DNA of 56,375 bases from Chloroflexota bacterium (lineage in GTDB: Bacteria > Chloroflexota > Limnocylindria > P2-11E). Of this stretch, positions 19,164 through 29,192 are shown in pieces. A program made the position numbers and the translations under genes. The stretch lies in assembly GCA_005879975.1 (NCBI GenBank), contig VBIL01000037.1, positions 1-56,375 of the forward strand. Reading direction: 5' to 3'. Numbering within the stretch: position 1 is the stretch's first letter; the number at the start of each line of letters is the position of its first letter. Under the pieces are notes generated by a model that worked only from the letters and a program-made list of their open reading frames with translations, was not told the origin of the DNA and made no database searches.

Positions 19164-20983
19164 TCGGTCGCGCGGCCCTCACCCAACGCGACGACGGAAC
19201 CGTCGTCGACCCGCGCAGCGATGTGGACTGGCTGGAGTGGGTGCCCGCCGGCGAGGTGCGCAACTGGTGCGACGGGGACTTGCTCGTCGACTGGCTCGCG
19301 GAGTACGGCGAACAGCACGGTTTCCGTCGTGACGATCGGCTGCCCGGTTACGACCGAGTCTTCGATCTGCCGCGTTTCCTCATGGAGCAGGGGCGCCGCT
19401 TCGAGCAGGCTCTCCTCGTCGATCTCCAGGGGCGCTGGCCTGTGACGCGAATCGCGACGCGTCCGGATGAGGCCCGCTCTCTCGCGGCGGCAGAAGCGAC
19501 ATGGGACGCGATGAAGGACGGTGCGCCGGTGATCGCGTCGGCAGTGTTGCGGGATCCGGAGCGGCGCACTTTCGGGGTGGCGGACCTGCTGGTCCGGTCC
19601 GACATCCTGGGTGAGCTCTGCCCTGACGCGTTCGTCGGGGATCAGCTGGAGCTTCCAGTGGCCGCGATGCGGCACGGGCGTCACTACCGCGTGGTCGACG
19701 TCAAGTTCTCAACGCTGCACCTGCTGAAGGACGGCGGGCTCGGCGCGACTGACATCGACGTGATGGCCCAGGCCTGGATATATAACGAGGCGCTCGGACG
19801 AGTACAGGGATTTGTGCCACCGGCCGCCTACGTGGCGGGCCGCGCGTGGAGGCAGGGTGCCGCCCGGGGCGATCGGTGCTGGGAACGGCTCGCGCGCGTG
19901 CCTTCGGACGCGTACGTGCGCTCCCGCGACGAGGACCTCGCGAGCATCGTTGCCCGCGCCTGCGCATGGATCCGCCGCCTGCGGACCGAGGGCGCCGAGT
20001 GGCGCGTGCTGCCGATCCCATCGGTGCCCGAGCTCTGGCCGAACATGAAGGCGAACGGCGACTTCCCCTGGCACACCGCAAAGGCCGAGATCGCCATCAA
20101 GCTGGCGGATCTAACGATCCTGCCGCGCATCAACGCTGAGCTTCGCGGCGCCGCGCACGCGACGGGCGTGACGCGATGGGATGACGCGCGCACGTCGGCG
20201 GTCCTCTTCGGTCTGGATGGCGAGCACGCGCGAACGCTGGACGCGGTGATCGCGGTGAACCGCGACGGCGGCGAGCCCGTGCGGCCAGCCCGCGTCAGCG
20301 CCGACGGGGAGCGCTGGCGGATCCCGCCCGCCGCCGAGGCCTTCGTGGACTTCGAGTTCGTGCACGACCTCGATGACGACTTTCGCTCGTTCCCGCGAAA
20401 GGGAGGTCAGTCACTCATCTTCCAGATCGGGTGCGGAACGTATCGCGATCGCCAGTGGTCCTTCGACCAGTTCACGGTCGATGACCTCGGTGTGGAGGCG
20501 GAAGGACGCATGATCGACGAATGGCTCACTCACCTCGCGGCACTCGCCGCCAGCGCGGGACTGGCATCGGCGAGCGACGTGCGACTCGTCCACTGGTCGC
20601 TCGCTGAGGAGTCCAGCTTCGAGCGCGCGTACGAGTCGGCGCGATCTCGTCACCCGGACCGGGAATGGCCGGCGCTCCAGTGGTACGACCTCCTCGGCCG
20701 CGTCTTCCGTGCGGAGCCTGTCGTCGTCAGAGGCGCGTTCTCGTTCGGACTGAAGGCGATCGCGCGCGCGTTGCGCGCGCACGGGCTCATCTCCACGGAA
20801 TGGGGCGATGGTCTCGCCGACGGCGCGGGCGCGATGGCCGGCGCGTGGTCCGCCGCCGCGGATGCGCGCGCTCGCGGCCGGAGTCTCAAGGAGTCGCCGG
20901 TCATGCGCGAGATCGCCGCCTACAACGAGGTCGACTGCCGCGTGATGGCGGAGATCCTCGATCACCTCCGGCGCTCGCACTAG
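19160..20983 (+). CDS. RecB-like PD-(D/E)XK nuclease with C-terminal RNase H-like domain (TM0106-like)
   Basis: GVADLLVR, YRVVDVK, Q-x3-Y; C-terminal FVDFE, FSFGLKAIA, YNEVDC. Confidence 0.8.
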   Translation: MIGRAALTQRDDGTVVDPRSDVDWLEWVPAGEVRNWCDGDLLVDWLAEYGEQHGFRRDDRLPGYDRVFDLPRFLMEQGRRFEQALLVDLQGRWPVTRIATRPDEARSLAAAEATWDAMKDGAPVIASAVLRDPERRTFGVADLLVRSDILGELCPDAFVGDQLELPVAAMRHGRHYRVVDVKFSTLHLLKDGGLGATDIDVMAQAWIYNEALGRVQGFVPPAAYVAGRAWRQGAARGDRCWERLARVPSDAYVRSRDEDLASIVARACAWIRRLRTEGAEWRVLPIPSVPELWPNMKANGDFPWHTAKAEIAIKLADLTILPRINAELRGAAHATGVTRWDDARTSAVLFGLDGEHARTLDAVIAVNRDGGEPVRPARVSADGERWRIPPAAEAFVDFEFVHDLDDDFRSFPRKGGQSLIFQIGCGTYRDRQWSFDQFTVDDLGVEAEGRMIDEWLTHLAALAASAGLASASDVRLVHWSLAEESSFERAYESARSRHPDREWPALQWYDLLGRVFRAEPVVVRGAFSFGLKAIARALRAHGLISTEWGDGLADGAGAMAGAWSAAADARARGRSLKESPVMREIAAYNEVDCRVMAEILDHLRRSH

Positions 20984-20998
20984 ACCTAGTCTTCCGCG

Positions 20999-21805
20999 GT
21001 GCTCCCGCTCTCTCTCCGGACGGATCTGGAGATCGCGCGCCGCGGGTACCAAAGATATGCCGCGTATCCCCTGGCGACCGCCGCCGGCGCCTTCACGAAC
21101 ATCATCTTCGGCCTCATGCGCGGATCGGTGCTGCTCGCGCTTTTCGCCGACCGCCAGCGGATCGGCGCCTACGACGCCGCCGCGACGATCACCTACGTCT
21201 GGCTCACCCAGGGCCTGCTGAACATAGTGGCCATCTGGGGGTGGCAGGAGCTCGCGCTCCGCGTGCGCACCGGCGACATCGCGACGGACCTCATCCGCCC
21301 GATCCACCCGATCCGCGCTCTGCTCGCCGCCGAGTACGGTCGCGCGACCTACCAGCTCGTCTTCCGCGGCATTCCGCCGGTCGCTGTTGGCGTGGTCGCG
21401 TTCCACGCCGCGCTGCCATCCGATGCGCTGGTATGGCTGGCGTTCTTCGCGAGCCTCGTGCTCGCGGTGGCCGTCAGCTTCGCCTTCAGGATGCTCTACA
21501 ACCTCGCCGCGTTCTGGACCACGGACACGCGAGGCACGATGATCCTCGCCCTCGTTGTCATGACCGTCTTCTCGGGATTCACCATCCCGATCCAGTTCTT
21601 CCCACCGTGGCTCGCGGCCATCGCGTACGCCACGCCCTTCCCGGCGATGGTCCAGACACCGGTCGACATCTTCGTCGGCGCGACCGCTGGCCCGCCGGTC
21701 CTGGTCGCGCTTGCGGGACAGCTTGCTTGGGCTCTCGCGATGCTTGCGGCGTCGTACGGGCTGTTCGCGCTCGGCACGCGCCGCCTGGTCGTACAGGGTG
21801 GCTGA
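20999..21805 (+). CDS. ABC-2 family transporter permease
   Basis: VRTGDIATDLIRP, FSGFTIPIQFFP, TPVDIF, C-terminal VQGG. Confidence 0.92.
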   Translation: MLPLSLRTDLEIARRGYQRYAAYPLATAAGAFTNIIFGLMRGSVLLALFADRQRIGAYDAAATITYVWLTQGLLNIVAIWGWQELALRVRTGDIATDLIRPIHPIRALLAAEYGRATYQLVFRGIPPVAVGVVAFHAALPSDALVWLAFFASLVLAVAVSFAFRMLYNLAAFWTTDTRGTMILALVVMTVFSGFTIPIQFFPPWLAAIAYATPFPAMVQTPVDIFVGATAGPPVLVALAGQLAWALAMLAASYGLFALGTRRLVVQGG

Positions 21806-22610
21806 GCTCAGCGATCTCCTCGCGCTCTATCGCCGGCTCATCGCGGCGCGGCTGCGCGCCCAGCTTCAGTACCGCACATCGTTCGCTCTCGACAGCACCG
21901 GCATGCTGCTCATTTCCTTCATCGATTTCCTGGCGATCCTCGTTATCTTCGCGAACGTGCCGCAGCTGGCCGGCTGGACGCTGCCCGAGGTCGCGCTGCT
22001 CTTCGCGATCACCGGGCTCACGTTCGCGTTCACCGACCTCGCGATCGGTCACCTCGACCTGTTCCCGCAACTCATCCGCGACGGGAACTTCGATCTTCTG
22101 CTCATCCGGCCGCGGGGCACGCTGTTCCAGCTCCTGACGGCCGACTTCCAGGTGCGCCGCCTGGGCAAGGCGATCGGTGCGCTCGCGGTGCTGGCGTACG
22201 CGCTCGCGAACCTGCGCATCGATTGGGACCCGGGCCGCATCGCGATGCTCCTGTTCATCGTGCCCAGCGGGGTCGTCATCTTCGCCTCGATCTGGGTGGC
22301 GACGATCTGCATCGCGTTCTGGTCGGTCGACGCGCGCGAGGTTTCGAACGCCTTCACATACGGCGGCCAGTTCCTCGGCCAGTTCCCGATCAATCTCTAC
22401 GACCGGTGGCTCCGGCGCTTCCTCGCTTATGTCGTCCCGATCGCGTTCGTCGCGTACTTCCCCGCCCTCTACATCCTCGACAAGCCCGATCCCATCGGTC
22501 TGCCCGAGTGGCTTCGCTTCGCCTCGCCGCTGGTCGCTGTCGCCGCCACCTTCGTGGCGAGCGCGGTGTGGCGCATCGGCGTTCGCCACTACCAGAGCGC
22601 CGGCGGATGA
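21798..22610 (+). CDS. ABC-2 family transporter permease
   Basis: AQLQYRTSF, LAGWTLPEV, GNFDLLLIRP, C-terminal YQSAGG; GTG overlaps the upstream gene. Confidence 0.92.
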   Translation: MAELSDLLALYRRLIAARLRAQLQYRTSFALDSTGMLLISFIDFLAILVIFANVPQLAGWTLPEVALLFAITGLTFAFTDLAIGHLDLFPQLIRDGNFDLLLIRPRGTLFQLLTADFQVRRLGKAIGALAVLAYALANLRIDWDPGRIAMLLFIVPSGVVIFASIWVATICIAFWSVDAREVSNAFTYGGQFLGQFPINLYDRWLRRFLAYVVPIAFVAYFPALYILDKPDPIGLPEWLRFASPLVAVAATFVASAVWRIGVRHYQSAGG

Positions 22611-23569
22611 GCGTGCCGGCGATCGAGCTCGAGCATGTCGGAAAAGACTTCGTGGTGCGGCGCGCCGTCGGTCGCTTCCGCCGCAAGACCGACGTGGTGA
22701 GTGCCGTCACGGACCTGTCGTTTTCGGTCGAGCGGGGCAGTCTCGTCGGCTACATCGGACCGAACGGGGCAGGCAAGTCCACGACGGTCAAGATGCTCAC
22801 CGGGATCCTCGTCCCGTCCCGCGGCCGGATCTCCGTGGCGGGTCTCGTCCCGACCAGGCAGCGGACGCAGCTCGCGCAGCGCATCGGGGTGATGTTCGGC
22901 CAGCGCGTGCAGCTATGGTGGGACCTTCCGCTTATCGAATCATTCGAGCTTCTCCGCTATATCTACCGCATCCCGCCGCGGACCTACGAGCGCAATCTCT
23001 CGACCTTCCGACGGCTGCTCGACCTCGATGAGTTTCTCCGGACGCCGGTGCGTCAGCTCTCCCTCGGCCAGCGTGTGCGCGGGGAGATCACCGGCGCGAT
23101 GCTCCACGACCCGGAGATCGTCTTTCTCGACGAGCCCACCATCGGGCTCGACGTCGTCGCGCGGCAGCGGGTCCGCGAATTCCTGCTCAGCGCGAACCGC
23201 GAGCGCGGGATGACCGTGCTCCTCACCTCACACGACCTCACCGACATCGAGAGGCTCTGCTCGCGGATCCTGATCATCGATCGTGGCCGCCTCATCTTCG
23301 ACGGCGACATCGACACGCTCAAGGCGCGCTATGGGAAGGAGCGCGTACTCGTCGTCGATCTCGAGGAGCCGGGCCCCGCGCTCCAACTGGATGGAGCGCG
23401 GGTGATCCGAATCGAGGGACCGCGGCAATGGATCGCCTTCGACGGCGAGCGCTTGAGCGCGGCGCAGCTGACCGCGGCGGCCGCGGCACAGGCGCCGCTC
23501 CGCGATCTCACCGTGCAGGAGCCCGAGATCGAGGACGTGGTTCGCCGGATCTACCAGGAGCGTGCGTAA
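22607..23569 (+). CDS. ABC transporter ATP-binding protein
   Basis: GPNGAGKST, LSLGQR, FLDEPTIGLD, TSHD. Confidence 0.95.
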   Translation: MSVPAIELEHVGKDFVVRRAVGRFRRKTDVVSAVTDLSFSVERGSLVGYIGPNGAGKSTTVKMLTGILVPSRGRISVAGLVPTRQRTQLAQRIGVMFGQRVQLWWDLPLIESFELLRYIYRIPPRTYERNLSTFRRLLDLDEFLRTPVRQLSLGQRVRGEITGAMLHDPEIVFLDEPTIGLDVVARQRVREFLLSANRERGMTVLLTSHDLTDIERLCSRILIIDRGRLIFDGDIDTLKARYGKERVLVVDLEEPGPALQLDGARVIRIEGPRQWIAFDGERLSAAQLTAAAAAQAPLRDLTVQEPEIEDVVRRIYQERA

Positions 23570-23598
23570 AAGGGGGGGCGGCTGACGCCGCCCCCTTC
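23570..23598. terminator. Probable bidirectional intrinsic terminator
   Basis: GGGGGCGGC-TGAC-GCCGCCCCC hairpin between convergent genes. Confidence 0.7.
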
Positions 23599-23604
23599 GA
23601 TCGT

Positions 23605-24573
23605 CTAGCGGCCGCCGGGTGCGCCTGGGAACGGAATGCCCAGCGCCGAGATCTTGCCGCCGTTCGGCGCGGTGCCCAAGGCGAGGTTCGCGATGTACAG
23701 GCCGCGCTCGTGGAAGATCGGGCTCGCGGGGAAGTCGAGCGGATCGTCGCCCGGATTGTGTCCGTAGCGGGCGATCAACGCACCGCTCGGGGACAGCACC
23801 TGGATCTCGTTCGCCTGATTGGCGCACACATAGAGGTTTCCCTTGACGTCGAACTGGATGCCGTCGGCGCCGTCGAGCGCACCCGGGCCGAGCGTCGCGC
23901 CGTCGGCAAAGATCGAGATCGCGCCGGCGCTGCCGTCATCGTTCACCGCGATACGCAGGATCCGATCTCTGGAAGTGTTCGCGACATAGAGGAAGCCCTG
24001 CGTCCGGTCGAAGGCGACGCCGTTCGCGCCGAAGCCCGGGCAGAACGGTGGGCACATTGGAAGGAGCAACGGGTCAGCCTTCCAAAGCATCTTTCCGCCG
24101 CCGTCGGGGCTGACGGTGTAGATGGCGCCGGCGAACGAGTCCGACACGTACAGGGTGCCGTGGTGATCGCGGGCGATCGCGTTCGGCGCGCCGAAACCGG
24201 TGGCCAGCTCGGTGACCGCGCCGTTTTCAGGATCGACCCTGATGAGGCGCCCGCCGCTGAAGCCAGGATTGTTGTCGGCGACGTAAATCCCCTCGCTCGG
24301 GACGAACAGCTCGCCGAGCAGCGCGTGGTTCGCGGCGACCGGGATGACGCGGACCTGCCGGCCGCTGAGCGTGTACACGCAGATGTTCCCGGAGAGACCG
24401 GCGGCGTAGAGCAGCCCGTTCGACGAGGCGGTGATCCCCTCGGGGTTGTGACACGACGCGTTGTTTGCGTCGGCGATCGTCTTCACCACGCCTTGTTGGG
24501 GTTGCGCGGCGAGCACCGGTTGTGCGGATGCGAGCGTGAGAGCCGCGATCAATGGGAACAGCCAACGATGCAT
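23605..24573 (-). CDS. Secreted SMP-30/gluconolactonase-like beta-propeller
   Basis: Signal peptide; NPEGI, PNAIA, GANGVAF, GADGIQFD blades; GGGAGG RBS. Confidence 0.88.
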   Translation of the reverse strand: MHRWLFPLIAALTLASAQPVLAAQPQQGVVKTIADANNASCHNPEGITASSNGLLYAAGLSGNICVYTLSGRQVRVIPVAANHALLGELFVPSEGIYVADNNPGFSGGRLIRVDPENGAVTELATGFGAPNAIARDHHGTLYVSDSFAGAIYTVSPDGGGKMLWKADPLLLPMCPPFCPGFGANGVAFDRTQGFLYVANTSRDRILRIAVNDDGSAGAISIFADGATLGPGALDGADGIQFDVKGNLYVCANQANEIQVLSPSGALIARYGHNPGDDPLDFPASPIFHERGLYIANLALGTAPNGGKISALGIPFPGAPGGR

Positions 24574-24610
24574 GGACTTCCTCCCCGCCACCGTAATGGC
24601 CGGGGAGATG

Positions 24611-25642
24611 CTAAGCCCGAACGAGCGGGAAGACTTCCTGGCCGATCCGGTCCATCTCCTCGCGCTGGGGACTGCACTGCAGGAGAAGCAGGTCGACGCC
24701 GATGCGCTCGAGCTCACGCACGCGCTCGGCGACCTGGTCGGGCGTGCCGACCAGACCGGTGCGCAGGCCTCGGTTGGACACGCTGTAGTCCTCAAGAGAC
24801 ACCTCGGTCTCGAGCTGCGAGCCTTTGATGAAATCGAGGTAGCTCGCATAGCCGCGTGCGGACGCGCGCACGTCCGTGATGCGCGCGAGCTCCTTCTTCA
24901 CCTCGGCCTCACCTTGACGGACGATCGCGTACCCGGCGACCCCGAATCGGAGCGGCGGGAGCTCGGGATGCTTCGCACGCCGCGCCCGCATGTCGCCGAT
25001 TTTCGCGCTCAGCACCTCGGGTGGGTCGCCGTGCATCAGATACGCGTCGCACTCACGCGCGATGAGATCCTTCGCCGCCGGTGACTCGCCGCCAGCGTAG
25101 AGGACGGGCCACGGTCTTTGAACGGGCTTGGGAGCGAGCCGTGCGTTCTTGATCGTGTAGTAGCGGCCCTCGAGGGAGAACTCGTCGTTCGTCCACATCC
25201 CTTTGAGCACTGCCAGGAACTCAGCGGTCCTCGCATAGCGCTCGTCATGTGCCACCCAGGTGCCGCCGTACTGGTCGCTCTCCGCCTGCCACCAGGCGCT
25301 CACGACATTCAGCGTGAAGCGGCCACCGGAGATGTGATCGATCGTCGCCGTTTCCTTCGCCACTAGCGCGGGCAGGCGGAAGTTCGGGCGGACCGCGGTC
25401 ATGAGCTCGAGCCGCTTCGTGAGCGGCGCCAGTGCCGCCGCTGTCGTCCACGCCTCGAGGCAGTCGGCCTCGGGGCCTTTGATGTCGTTCAGGTTGAGTT
25501 CGGCGACGAGCGTGACGTCCCAGCCGGTCACGTCCGCGTGCTGCGCGAGCTCGCGCTGGTATTCGAAGGTCGCGGGCATGCCCTCATCCTCGACGTTGCG
25601 CAGCCAGCCACCGAACACCGGCATCCAGAAGCCGAAGCGCAT
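24611..25642 (-). CDS. LLM-class flavin-dependent monooxygenase (SsuD/SfnG-like)
   Basis: MRFGFWMP, LEAWTTAAALA, MTAVRP, IDHISGGRF, LVGTPDQVAE. Confidence 0.9.
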   Translation of the reverse strand: MRFGFWMPVFGGWLRNVEDEGMPATFEYQRELAQHADVTGWDVTLVAELNLNDIKGPEADCLEAWTTAAALAPLTKRLELMTAVRPNFRLPALVAKETATIDHISGGRFTLNVVSAWWQAESDQYGGTWVAHDERYARTAEFLAVLKGMWTNDEFSLEGRYYTIKNARLAPKPVQRPWPVLYAGGESPAAKDLIARECDAYLMHGDPPEVLSAKIGDMRARRAKHPELPPLRFGVAGYAIVRQGEAEVKKELARITDVRASARGYASYLDFIKGSQLETEVSLEDYSVSNRGLRTGLVGTPDQVAERVRELERIGVDLLLLQCSPQREEMDRIGQEVFPLVRA

Positions 25643-25654
25643 CGGACTAAGCGG

Positions 25655-26428
25655 TCATTTGCGGAGCGAGTAGGCGACGACCCAGCCGCTGGCCAACTGG
25701 TCTCCAGCGAGGTTCACCTCGTACCAGTCATAGCCGTCGGCTCCGAGCGGTCCGTCGCGGATGATCACTCGGGCGCCGTTGTCGAGCGTCCGGCGGATCG
25801 GGAATCCCAAACCGGCGCTCGCCCGCATGTTCGCCGAGTCCGCATATGGATTGCATACCGCCATCGCGTCGCCTGCGCGGAGCGGCTCGGTCCCCACCGG
25901 TCGCTTGGGGAAGGCCCCCGCAGGCGCGTACCAGTCAAGGATGTCGACGCCGGACGCGGTCTGGCCTCCGGTCACGGCGACACGGATCACCGAATGGTCT
26001 GTGCACTCCGCGCGGAGACCGCACGCCACCGCGGGGGTGTACGCGCCGGCCAGGCCATCGGCTTCTCCCTCGACGTACGCAAGAACCAGGTACATCCCCG
26101 GCTCGATGGCGCCGATCGTGTACGGGCTTAGCGCGCCTCCGGGAAGCCGCGGGGTGTGCAGTATGCGGAAGACCTTCGGGTCGTCGACCCGCATCGCGAT
26201 CAGCGCGAGGGGCGGGCTGCCTTCGGAGGGATATCCGAACTTCCCGTTGATCCCGCCGAGCGAGATCTGGCGAATCGCGGGGCACGCCGCGGCGGGACCG
26301 CCGCTCGGGGCGGGGACGCTCGCGGTCGCGGCAGGCTCGGAGCGGGACGGCGACGGCGTCGTCGGGCTCGGCGCCGCCGTGCAGGCGAGGGCCAACGTGA
26401 GAATGAAGACGGCGATGCGACCTGGCAT
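25655..26428 (-). CDS. Lipoprotein with C-terminal SH3b-like domain
   Basis: Lipobox LALAC, Pro linker, ANMRASAGL...DGYDWYEV...GWV. Confidence 0.75.
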   Translation of the reverse strand: MPGRIAVFILTLALACTAAPSPTTPSPSRSEPAATASVPAPSGGPAAACPAIRQISLGGINGKFGYPSEGSPPLALIAMRVDDPKVFRILHTPRLPGGALSPYTIGAIEPGMYLVLAYVEGEADGLAGAYTPAVACGLRAECTDHSVIRVAVTGGQTASGVDILDWYAPAGAFPKRPVGTEPLRAGDAMAVCNPYADSANMRASAGLGFPIRRTLDNGARVIIRDGPLGADGYDWYEVNLAGDQLASGWVVAYSLRK

Positions 26429-26442
26429 GCGCAGAGTTTGCT

Positions 26443-27482
26443 CTAGCACGCGCAATAGTATTTTCCGGCCGGTCCCTCGTTCAGGATGAGCTGGGCGAAC
26501 GGGCCCGGATCATCGGGGTCCCACACCGCGTTCACGATCTCGCCGGTCGCCGGGAAAAGCGGCCTGGTCTTCGCGAGCAACGCGTAGTCACGCTCGTAGA
26601 TCCAGCGCATCCCATCGCGCAAATCCCCGGCGCGCTCGCCCTGGCCGATCGCTTCGGTGTACGCCAGCCACGGCAGATCTACGCCGCTGGCGATCGGAAG
26701 ACCGATCCACTTCCACACCCGCGGGTTCACATCGAGGAGCAGATGCTCCTCGCGCGCGGGATCCCAAATGAACTCAACCTCGCTGATCCATACTGCTCAA
26801 GCTTCCGGCCCACGAATCCCCCGCGCACCTCGCCGTCAGGCGCGATGAACGAGCAGAACGAATAGAACCCGCCAGGAGGCACGTCGACGATCTCCTGCGC
26901 CACGCAGGCAAGATCGGAGGCCTCGCGCGCGAAACGGAGAAGCTCGGCGGCGTTCTCTGCCCGGAACACCTTCACGCCGAAGCGGTCGTAGAAACGACGC
27001 TGCTCGGCCGGCTTGACGATCGCCGGATAGCGAATCTCGCGGGAGGTGGCCTTCGGATCGTTCAGCGTGAACGTCTTGGGGATCGGAATGCCGAGGTGAT
27101 GAGCGTCTGCGTACAGCCGGCGCTTGTCGAGGACCGCGTCGATCACGGACAGCTCGCTGAAAGGGATGCGGTAGCAGGCCTCCAGCTGGGAGCGGTAGCG
27201 GGCGACCGCCATCACCCACTCATCGTTCGTGGGAAACAGGACCGCACCCTCGCCGAAGCGCTCGGCGTTGTCGAGCAGGTACTGCACGAGGCCCTTCTCA
27301 TCCTCGAGAGGATTCGGACAGGTATGCCGCTCCCTCACGGCGCGCGACGCTTGCCCGAGGCCGCGGGGGTCCGGATCGAGCGCAATCACCTCGACGCCAT
27401 GCGCGGCGAGCGAGCGCGCGACGGCCAGTCCCGTGATATGGCAGTTCATGACGAGAGCGCGTGCGGTGCTAGACGCGGTCAA
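26443..27482 (-). pseudogene. ATP-grasp carboxylate-amine ligase (D-aspartate-ligase-like) with deletion and frameshift near 26790
   Basis: GLAVARSL, LFPTNDEW, DKRRLY, IVKP, QEIV, GRKLEQY; then in another frame ISEVEF, LLDVNPRVWKW...YYCAC. Confidence 0.8.
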
Positions 27483-28668
27483 GGGCGCGATCGAGGTCGA
27501 GCGTGATGTCGGTCACGTCTTCGATCCCCACGGAGATGCGCAGGAACCCATCCGTGATGCCGAGGCGTTTTCGCTCTTCGGCCGCCAACCGACGATGCGA
27601 TGAGATCGGCGGATAGAGCACCTCGGTGAAGAGATCGCCGATCGTCGTCGCGGAGGCGGCGAGCTCGAGGGCATCGAGGAACCGGAACGCGGCCTCCTTC
27701 GTGTCCTCGCGCAGCGCGAACGAGACGACGCCTCCGTAAAGGCCACCGAACTGCCGGGTCGCGAGGGCATGCTGGGGATGGTCCGGCAGGCCCGGATAGC
27801 GGACGCGCGCGATCTTCGGGTGTACCGCGAGATGCCGCGCGACAGTCAGAGCGCTCTCGCATTGCCGGCGCACGCGAAGTGCGAGCGTGCGCATGCCGCG
27901 GATCGTGAGCCAGGCTTCGTGCGGTGGCATGTATCCACCATCGAGGATCGTGCGATCGCGCATCGCGCGCTGGAGCTCCTGCGACCCGCCGACGACGCCG
28001 CCCATCACGTCGCCGTGACCGTTGATGTACTTGGTGAGCGAGTGGATCACCATCGTCGCGCCCAGCGTGGCCGGCCCGACGAGCACTGGGGTCGCGAAGG
28101 TCGCGTCGACCGCGAGTGCGGCCCCGTTCTGGGTCGCGAGCCGCGCGAGCGTCACGATGTCGTTCACGCGCAGCAGCGGATTCGCGATGGCTTCGGCGTA
28201 CAGGAGCGCAGTGGGTCGTGCAGCGAGGGCGGTCTCCACCGCCTCGTGATCGGTCGTGTCCACGAAGGAGATGTCAGCGGCTCGCTCGCGCGACCAGCGC
28301 TCGAAGAGCGCGCGCGTCTGCCCGTAACAGTCCTCCTGGGCGACGACCCGGCCTCCGCGGGAGATCGCGCACGCGTCCACCGCCGCGGCGATCGCCGCCA
28401 TTCCTGTGACGAAGCACGTCGCCGCAGCGACGCCGTCGAGCTCCGCGAGGGCGACTTCGAGCGCCGCCGTGGTCGGGTTCCCGTACCGGCCGTACACATA
28501 GCCGGGGCGTTCATTGCCGAAGACCGCGTCCTGCTCGGCCGCTGAGCCGTAATCAAATGCGACGCTCTGCACGAGTGGCGGCACCACCGGCTCGCCGTCG
28601 CCCGAGGGGAGCGAGCGAGCAGCGCGCACCACGCGCGTGCCCGCTCCCAGCTCCCTTCGGTCCATCAA
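27469..28668 (-). CDS. Cys/Met metabolism PLP enzyme (methionine gamma-lyase / sulfhydrylase-like)
   Basis: YGRYGNPT, DATFATP, HSLTKYINGHGD, LRISVGIED. Confidence 0.9.
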   Translation of the reverse strand: MMDRRELGAGTRVVRAARSLPSGDGEPVVPPLVQSVAFDYGSAAEQDAVFGNERPGYVYGRYGNPTTAALEVALAELDGVAAATCFVTGMAAIAAAVDACAISRGGRVVAQEDCYGQTRALFERWSRERAADISFVDTTDHEAVETALAARPTALLYAEAIANPLLRVNDIVTLARLATQNGAALAVDATFATPVLVGPATLGATMVIHSLTKYINGHGDVMGGVVGGSQELQRAMRDRTILDGGYMPPHEAWLTIRGMRTLALRVRRQCESALTVARHLAVHPKIARVRYPGLPDHPQHALATRQFGGLYGGVVSFALREDTKEAAFRFLDALELAASATTIGDLFTEVLYPPISSHRRLAAEERKRLGITDGFLRISVGIEDVTDITLDLDRALDRV

Positions 28669-28687
28669 GGGTCCAAAGGTACGCTGG

Positions 28688-29014
28688 TTATTCGGCGGGA
28701 GTGGTCGCCTCTTTCGCCTCTTCTGCGGGCGCCGACTCGAGACTCTTCGCGCGCTCGATGAGGTCAGCGACTTTCTGGCCGCCCTTGCGACCGATCCGCT
28801 CGAAGTGGCCGGCTCCGTACTTGGCGGTCACCGCGCGGCCGCCCTTCTTGCCGATCCGACCGAAGAACTCGGGCCCGTACTTGTTGGCCGTGCTCGAGCC
28901 GCCCTTCTTGCCGATCTTCTCGTAGAACTCCGGGCCGTACTTCTCGCTGACCAACCGGCCACCCATCCGGCCGGCTTCGGCGACCGTCATGCCGCCTCCT
29001 GTTTTCCGTGCCAT
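28688..29014 (-). CDS. KGG-repeat general stress protein (GsiB/Con-10-like)
   Basis: MTVAEAGRMGG followed by three 20-aa repeats of the KYGxxx(Y/F)xxIG(K/R)KGG type; AAGGAG RBS. Confidence 0.92.
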   Translation of the reverse strand: MARKTGGGMTVAEAGRMGGRLVSEKYGPEFYEKIGKKGGSSTANKYGPEFFGRIGKKGGRAVTAKYGAGHFERIGRKGGQKVADLIERAKSLESAPAEEAKEATTPAE

Positions 29015-29192
29015 GGCCTGCTCCTTTTCCGAGTGACAGATGTACGGGCAGGTGTCATGCCGAGTAGGCGCCCGGGCGGGGATATCCGGTAACAGTTGCG
29101 CAACGATGCGTCTCTCGCGACCCAATGAGGCTATGGGTACCTCCGTTTCGCGGTAAACGCCGGGTGAAACGGATCCGCGTAGAGTCCCGCGC

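Noticed and set aside
28760-28960. 60-nt repeats as a CRISPR array
   Set aside because: They are in-frame coding repeats of the KGG protein; there are no unique spacers or cas genes.
29015-29192. SigB/SigF-type promoter shared by the KGG and csbD genes
   Set aside because: No convincing GTTT-N-GGGTAT with correct spacing and orientation upstream of both genes.
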